Assembly: GCA_964247135.1 (NCBI GenBank)
Contig: CAXTTL010000081.1
Coordinates: forward strand, 1 to 18,515
Source of the DNA: an uncultured Deinococcales bacterium
GTDB lineage: Bacteria > Deinococcota > Deinococci > Deinococcales > JAAFIG01
Reading direction: 5' to 3'
Length of the DNA stretch: 18,515 nt
Shown here: positions 15,283 through 18,515 of the stretch, piece by piece
Layout of the letters: each line of letters starts with the position of its first letter
Numbering within the stretch: position 1 is the stretch's first letter
Program-made: the position numbers and the translations under genes
Notes under the pieces: model-generated
The model's database searches: none
What the model was told of the DNA's origin: nothing
What the model saw: the letters and a program-made list of their open reading frames with translations, nothing else

Positions 15283-16503
15283 ATGCGATTCTGGCAATTC
15301 ACAGCGGGTATTGCCACCCTGCTGGTTGGGGCGGTTCTGGCTCAAAGCACTCGTCAACCCTTGCCAACCGTTCAACCCCCTGGCGCAGTGCAACCAATTG
15401 CACCTGGCTATCGCCCGACGGCTGGGCTGCCGCAAATCAAACTCGAGCCAGCCATTCCAGAGGTCAAAAAAGTCGAGTACGCCAGCAACGGTTTTATCGA
15501 GGTGGCTCATGCTTTGGTGCTCGAGCCAAGACGCGAGGCTGGGGAGCAAAACGATTTCAGGTTGGCACACGCGGCGGTCAGCGCCAGCTACGCGGCGCGT
15601 CCTGGTTTGGCGGAGGTCGATGTCAGCGTCTATGAAGCCGAGAGCTTTGACGGCATTGGTGGTCCACTACCGCGCTTGACCGCCGGCGTGCCTCGAGCGG
15701 AGTTGCTCAATTTTTTAAACGCCAAACCGAATGCCAACAATGGCTACGACCGTCAATGGCTCAATCCAAACATCACCGCGCCCAAGCGAGCGCCGCAGCC
15801 AGTGCTCGAGCAAACGCCTGTTTTTCACGGCACGACCCCGCAGTTGCGATCCATGCAGGTTCAACAGCTTGCCGCACAAGTTTCAGGCGGCGCGAAGGGT
15901 GGCTTGTACTTTTTTGGCAACTCGAGAAAACCTTATGTTGCCCTGACTTTTGACGACGCCCCGCACCCGTTGTTCGAGCCTTTGTTGCTTGACTCTTTGC
16001 GACGGGCGGGTATCAAAGCCACATTTTTTTGCATTGGACGAAATGCTCTGGCGTACCCGTATTTTGTTAAAGACATGGTGAGAGACGGTCATGAGATTGG
16101 CAATCACACTTTCCATCACGTTCGCTTGCCCAAGCTGCCCGCAATTGAAGTTCAAGACGAACTCGAGCAAACCAATGCCTTGCTGCAAAAAATTTCTGGT
16201 CAAACCATTCGCTACTTTCGTCCTCCTGGCGGTGAATATTCGGCGCAAACGCTAAAAATCGCCACCAGCCTGGGTTTGATTACCACCTTCTGGACGGACG
16301 ACCCAGGTGATTTTGACAACCCAGGCGATAAAGTGCTCGAGTCGCGCCTGAAAGCCAAATTGCGTCGCGGTGGCATAGTTTTACTTCATGACAACGTGCT
16401 CGAGACGATTCAGATTGTCGTGCCGTTTTTGAAGGTGGCAAGTCAAGAACGCTTTGATCTTGTGCCAATCGGTCAACTCGATGCCCAAGATGGCAGACCT
16501 TAA
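15283..16503 (+). CDS. Exported polysaccharide/peptidoglycan deacetylase (CE4, NodB domain) with an unknown N-terminal domain, 406 aa
   Basis: Signal peptide MRFWQFTAGIATLLVGAVLA; CE4 motifs TFDDAP, GNHTFHH, FRPPGG, DPGDF, LLHD. Confidence 0.92.
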   Translation: MRFWQFTAGIATLLVGAVLAQSTRQPLPTVQPPGAVQPIAPGYRPTAGLPQIKLEPAIPEVKKVEYASNGFIEVAHALVLEPRREAGEQNDFRLAHAAVSASYAARPGLAEVDVSVYEAESFDGIGGPLPRLTAGVPRAELLNFLNAKPNANNGYDRQWLNPNITAPKRAPQPVLEQTPVFHGTTPQLRSMQVQQLAAQVSGGAKGGLYFFGNSRKPYVALTFDDAPHPLFEPLLLDSLRRAGIKATFFCIGRNALAYPYFVKDMVRDGHEIGNHTFHHVRLPKLPAIEVQDELEQTNALLQKISGQTIRYFRPPGGEYSAQTLKIATSLGLITTFWTDDPGDFDNPGDKVLESRLKAKLRRGGIVLLHDNVLETIQIVVPFLKVASQERFDLVPIGQLDAQDGRP

Positions 16504-16516
16504 ACGCAACAATCGA

Positions 16517-16551
16517 GACTCCATCTTCGCTCCATTTTTGTGCCGCATCCT
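16517..16551 (+). promoter_or_regulatory. Regulon box 10 plus -10
   Basis: GACTC CATCTTCGCTCCAT ttttgtgccg CATCCT, upstream of the 16609 gene. Confidence 0.75.
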
Positions 16552-16608
16552 GATGAGCGAAGAACGCCAGCCCGAGAGACACTCGGAACGGCAGAAAAAG
16601 GAGTCAAG

Positions 16609-16971
16609 ATGAGCTTTCAAGATTTGGCAAACAACGCACAACAAACCGCCGCCCAAGGTCTCGAGACCGCCAAGCAAGCCACCGAGGGCTTGGTCAGTAA
16701 CCCGGGAGCGACCCTCGAGGGTGGTGCGGCGGCAGCCGGTCAAAGCGCACAAAGCGCCGTAGCAGATATCAAACAGGTGGTCACCAACCCAGGTGATATC
16801 CTGCACAGCACCGAAGATACCCTCAAGCATGGTTTTGAAAGCGCCACCGGTGCGGTCGGCAGTGTCGTGAAAGAAGCCGAAGAAGCCGTGAAGCATGGCA
16901 TTGAGAGCATCGGCAACATGGTTTCTGGAATTTTTGGTGGCGGCAAACACGAAGAAGAACCAAAAGCGTAA
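16609..16971 (+). CDS. Ala/Gly-rich amphipathic-helix protein (LEA/apolipoprotein-like composition), 120 aa
   Basis: AAGGAG RBS before ATG 16609; internal repeats VSNPG/VTNPG, and LKHGFES/VKHGIES 22 residues apart. Confidence 0.78.
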   Translation: MSFQDLANNAQQTAAQGLETAKQATEGLVSNPGATLEGGAAAAGQSAQSAVADIKQVVTNPGDILHSTEDTLKHGFESATGAVGSVVKEAEEAVKHGIESIGNMVSGIFGGGKHEEEPKA

Positions 16972-16976
16972 TCCGC

Positions 16977-17195
16977 ATGAGACAAATTCGTTGGTTTATA
17001 TTCATACTGGTCAGCGCTGCGGTGTTGTTGTTTGGTCTGAGCAACCTGATTCCGCTTCGCGTCAACTTCCTGTTCTTTTACGCTTGGGTCAACCTGCTCG
17101 CCTTGATCGCCGGAACCTTTGTTCTGGGCGCACTGGTCGGTCTGATTCTTGGACTGTGGCATGACCACAAAGCCAGACCCGCAACCATTCGCTAA
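16977..17195 (+). CDS. Small membrane protein, LapA/DUF1049-like, 72 aa
   Basis: Two TM segments with the pattern LFGLSNLIPLRVNFLF...LIAGTFVLGALVG; starts 5 nt after the previous stop. Confidence 0.72.
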   Translation: MRQIRWFIFILVSAAVLLFGLSNLIPLRVNFLFFYAWVNLLALIAGTFVLGALVGLILGLWHDHKARPATIR

Positions 17196-17271
17196 ATCCT
17201 AAAACCGAATTGGGTCGCTTGAATTTTCTCGAGCGACCTTTTGTGTTGTGTCTGATGCCATGCTCTGAACT

Positions 17272-17306
17272 GACTTCACGTTGACTCCATCAAACCAACG
17301 CAAACT
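17272..17306 (+). promoter_or_regulatory. Regulon box 11 plus -10; leaderless promoter
   Basis: GACTT CACGTTGACTCCAT caaaccaacg CAAACT, then 7 nt to ATG 17314. Confidence 0.78.
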
Positions 17307-17313
17307 AAAGACC

Positions 17314-18018
17314 ATGAAGCCCGCAACCCTCAATCTAAAGCCTGCCTTCAGCAACCTGCCAGATGAATCCGACCAAAGCCCAGGTGTGCCACTCGAGCCG
17401 TTGTGGTACGCACGCTTGGCAATCGTGGTCATTATCGTGCTGCAAATTGCGCTCAGCCAACGGTTCACGCTCGGTCCAAACTGGTTGCTGCCGATGCTCG
17501 AGATGCTGATGTTGATTCCGCTGGCGTTTACCCCTCGAGACCATGTGATCGGCAAGCACCGTTCAATGCGTGTCGTGGCAATCGCTTTGATTGCCCTGAC
17601 CAATGTTTCAAACATGATTTCACTTGTCATTTTGGTGCGCTCATTGCTGCACGGCAACAAAGCTGGCGGCACAACCCTATTGCTCGAGGCACTGAATATT
17701 TGGTTCACGAACATGATTATTTTCGCTTTGTGGTACTGGGAACTTGATCAGGGTGGTCCGCATGAACGCGGTCAGGTTGGTTGTGAAGCACCAGATTTTT
17801 TGTTCACCCAAATGGGCAGCCCTCAATTTGCCAAACCAGGCTGGCGTTCTGGTTTTATGGATTATCTGTTTTTGTCCTTTACCAACGCCACCGCCTTCAG
17901 CCCAACCGACACTTTGCCGCTCTCGAGTTGGGCAAAGTTACTCATGATGGTTCAGTCTGGCACGTCACTTTTGACCGTGGCGTTGGTTGCCAGCCGTGCC
18001 GTGAATATTTTGACCTGA
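17314..18018 (+). CDS. DUF1345-like membrane protein, 234 aa
   Basis: Motifs IWFTNMIIFALWYWELDQGGP, PDFLFTQM, DYLFLSFTNATAFSPTDTLPL, SRAVNIL. Confidence 0.8.
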   Translation: MKPATLNLKPAFSNLPDESDQSPGVPLEPLWYARLAIVVIIVLQIALSQRFTLGPNWLLPMLEMLMLIPLAFTPRDHVIGKHRSMRVVAIALIALTNVSNMISLVILVRSLLHGNKAGGTTLLLEALNIWFTNMIIFALWYWELDQGGPHERGQVGCEAPDFLFTQMGSPQFAKPGWRSGFMDYLFLSFTNATAFSPTDTLPLSSWAKLLMMVQSGTSLLTVALVASRAVNILT

Positions 18019-18045
18019 GCGTTCGCCTAAAAAAGGAGTGAGAAA

Positions 18046-18309
18046 ATGATTGAAAGTATTCCAGATATTGCCGTGGTTGTTATTTTGGGTTTCGTGCTGT
18101 TCGGTGCAAAAAACATTCCCGATATTGGACGCAACCTGGGGCGCGGCTTGCGCGAATTTAGGGGCGGTATGAAAGACCTGAAAAATGAAATGGATTCGAT
18201 CCTCGAGCCACAAACATACGAGGTTCAAACCGTGACCGCCCGTGCGACAGACCCAATTACGCCCACCGTCATAAGTGTCGAAGATCAAGCTAAACGGCTC
18301 GAGTCATAG
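18046..18309 (+). CDS. tatA: Twin-arginine translocase TatA/TatE family subunit, 87 aa
   Basis: Short N-terminal TM ending in LFG, amphipathic helix KNIPDIGRNLGRGLREFR; AAGGAG RBS. Confidence 0.9.
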   Translation: MIESIPDIAVVVILGFVLFGAKNIPDIGRNLGRGLREFRGGMKDLKNEMDSILEPQTYEVQTVTARATDPITPTVISVEDQAKRLES

Positions 18310-18515
18310 CGCAAAATCATAGTCAGCCTGGGCAAATAGACCGATGGCGCTGTGATGAAACGGCACAAGCGCTTTTGATTCGGCACTTTCCGTTTTGACA
18401 GTCCTACAGCACCTTGCACAATGTTTGACGCGAAGCGATTCCGCCCGAAGGTGTGTTTTGGAATCAAGAAGCGTCGAACATTGGCGACCAAAGGGAGTAG
18501 CAACAGACAGCGGTT

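Larger units (their letters stand above)
25..18303. repeat. Highly iterated palindrome CTCGAG dispersed across the window
   Basis: About 112 copies counted by eye (first at 25-30, last at 18298-18303), in coding and intergenic DNA. Confidence 0.95.

Noticed and set aside
25-18303. CTCGAG sites as XhoI cloning scars or a synthetic artefact
   Set aside because: The sites lie inside intact, family-conserved reading frames in all three phases, with no sign of junctions.
18285-18503. 72-aa minus-strand ORF at the right edge
   Set aside because: It overlaps the end of tatA, has no RBS or motif, and I could assign nothing in 18310-18515.

Overview
Chromosomal region of a bacterium, probably Deinococcota (inferred from several -10-to-ATG leaderless starts and the RND/TCS gene types). 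It holds about 20 genes, mostly for the cell envelope: the 5' part of a GH63 glucosidase (missing from the ORF track), an RND pump (permease + MFP), an orphan OmpR-family regulator with an MFS transporter, a membrane GGDEF cyclase, two paralogous exported Ig-like proteins, an OmpR/HisKA two-component pair, a very basic Asr-like exported protein, a GluR0-like ligand-gated channel lacking the TVGYG filter, a CE4 deacetylase, an LEA-like protein, a LapA-like protein, a DUF1345-like protein and tatA. There are two main hidden signals. (1) Eleven copies of one promoter architecture sit in front of nearly every transcription unit: an 11-bp-period direct repeat (approximately CTYCAY-N5-MTCCAY) exactly 10 nt upstream of a weak -10 hexamer, the geometry of a pho box. 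This points to a physically clustered OmpR/PhoB-type regulon around its own two-component system, possibly for acid or envelope stress. (2) The palindrome CTCGAG occurs about 112 times by manual count, against about 4-5 expected by chance, which resembles a HIP1-like highly iterated palindrome. I saw no rRNA, tRNA, CRISPR array or mobile element.
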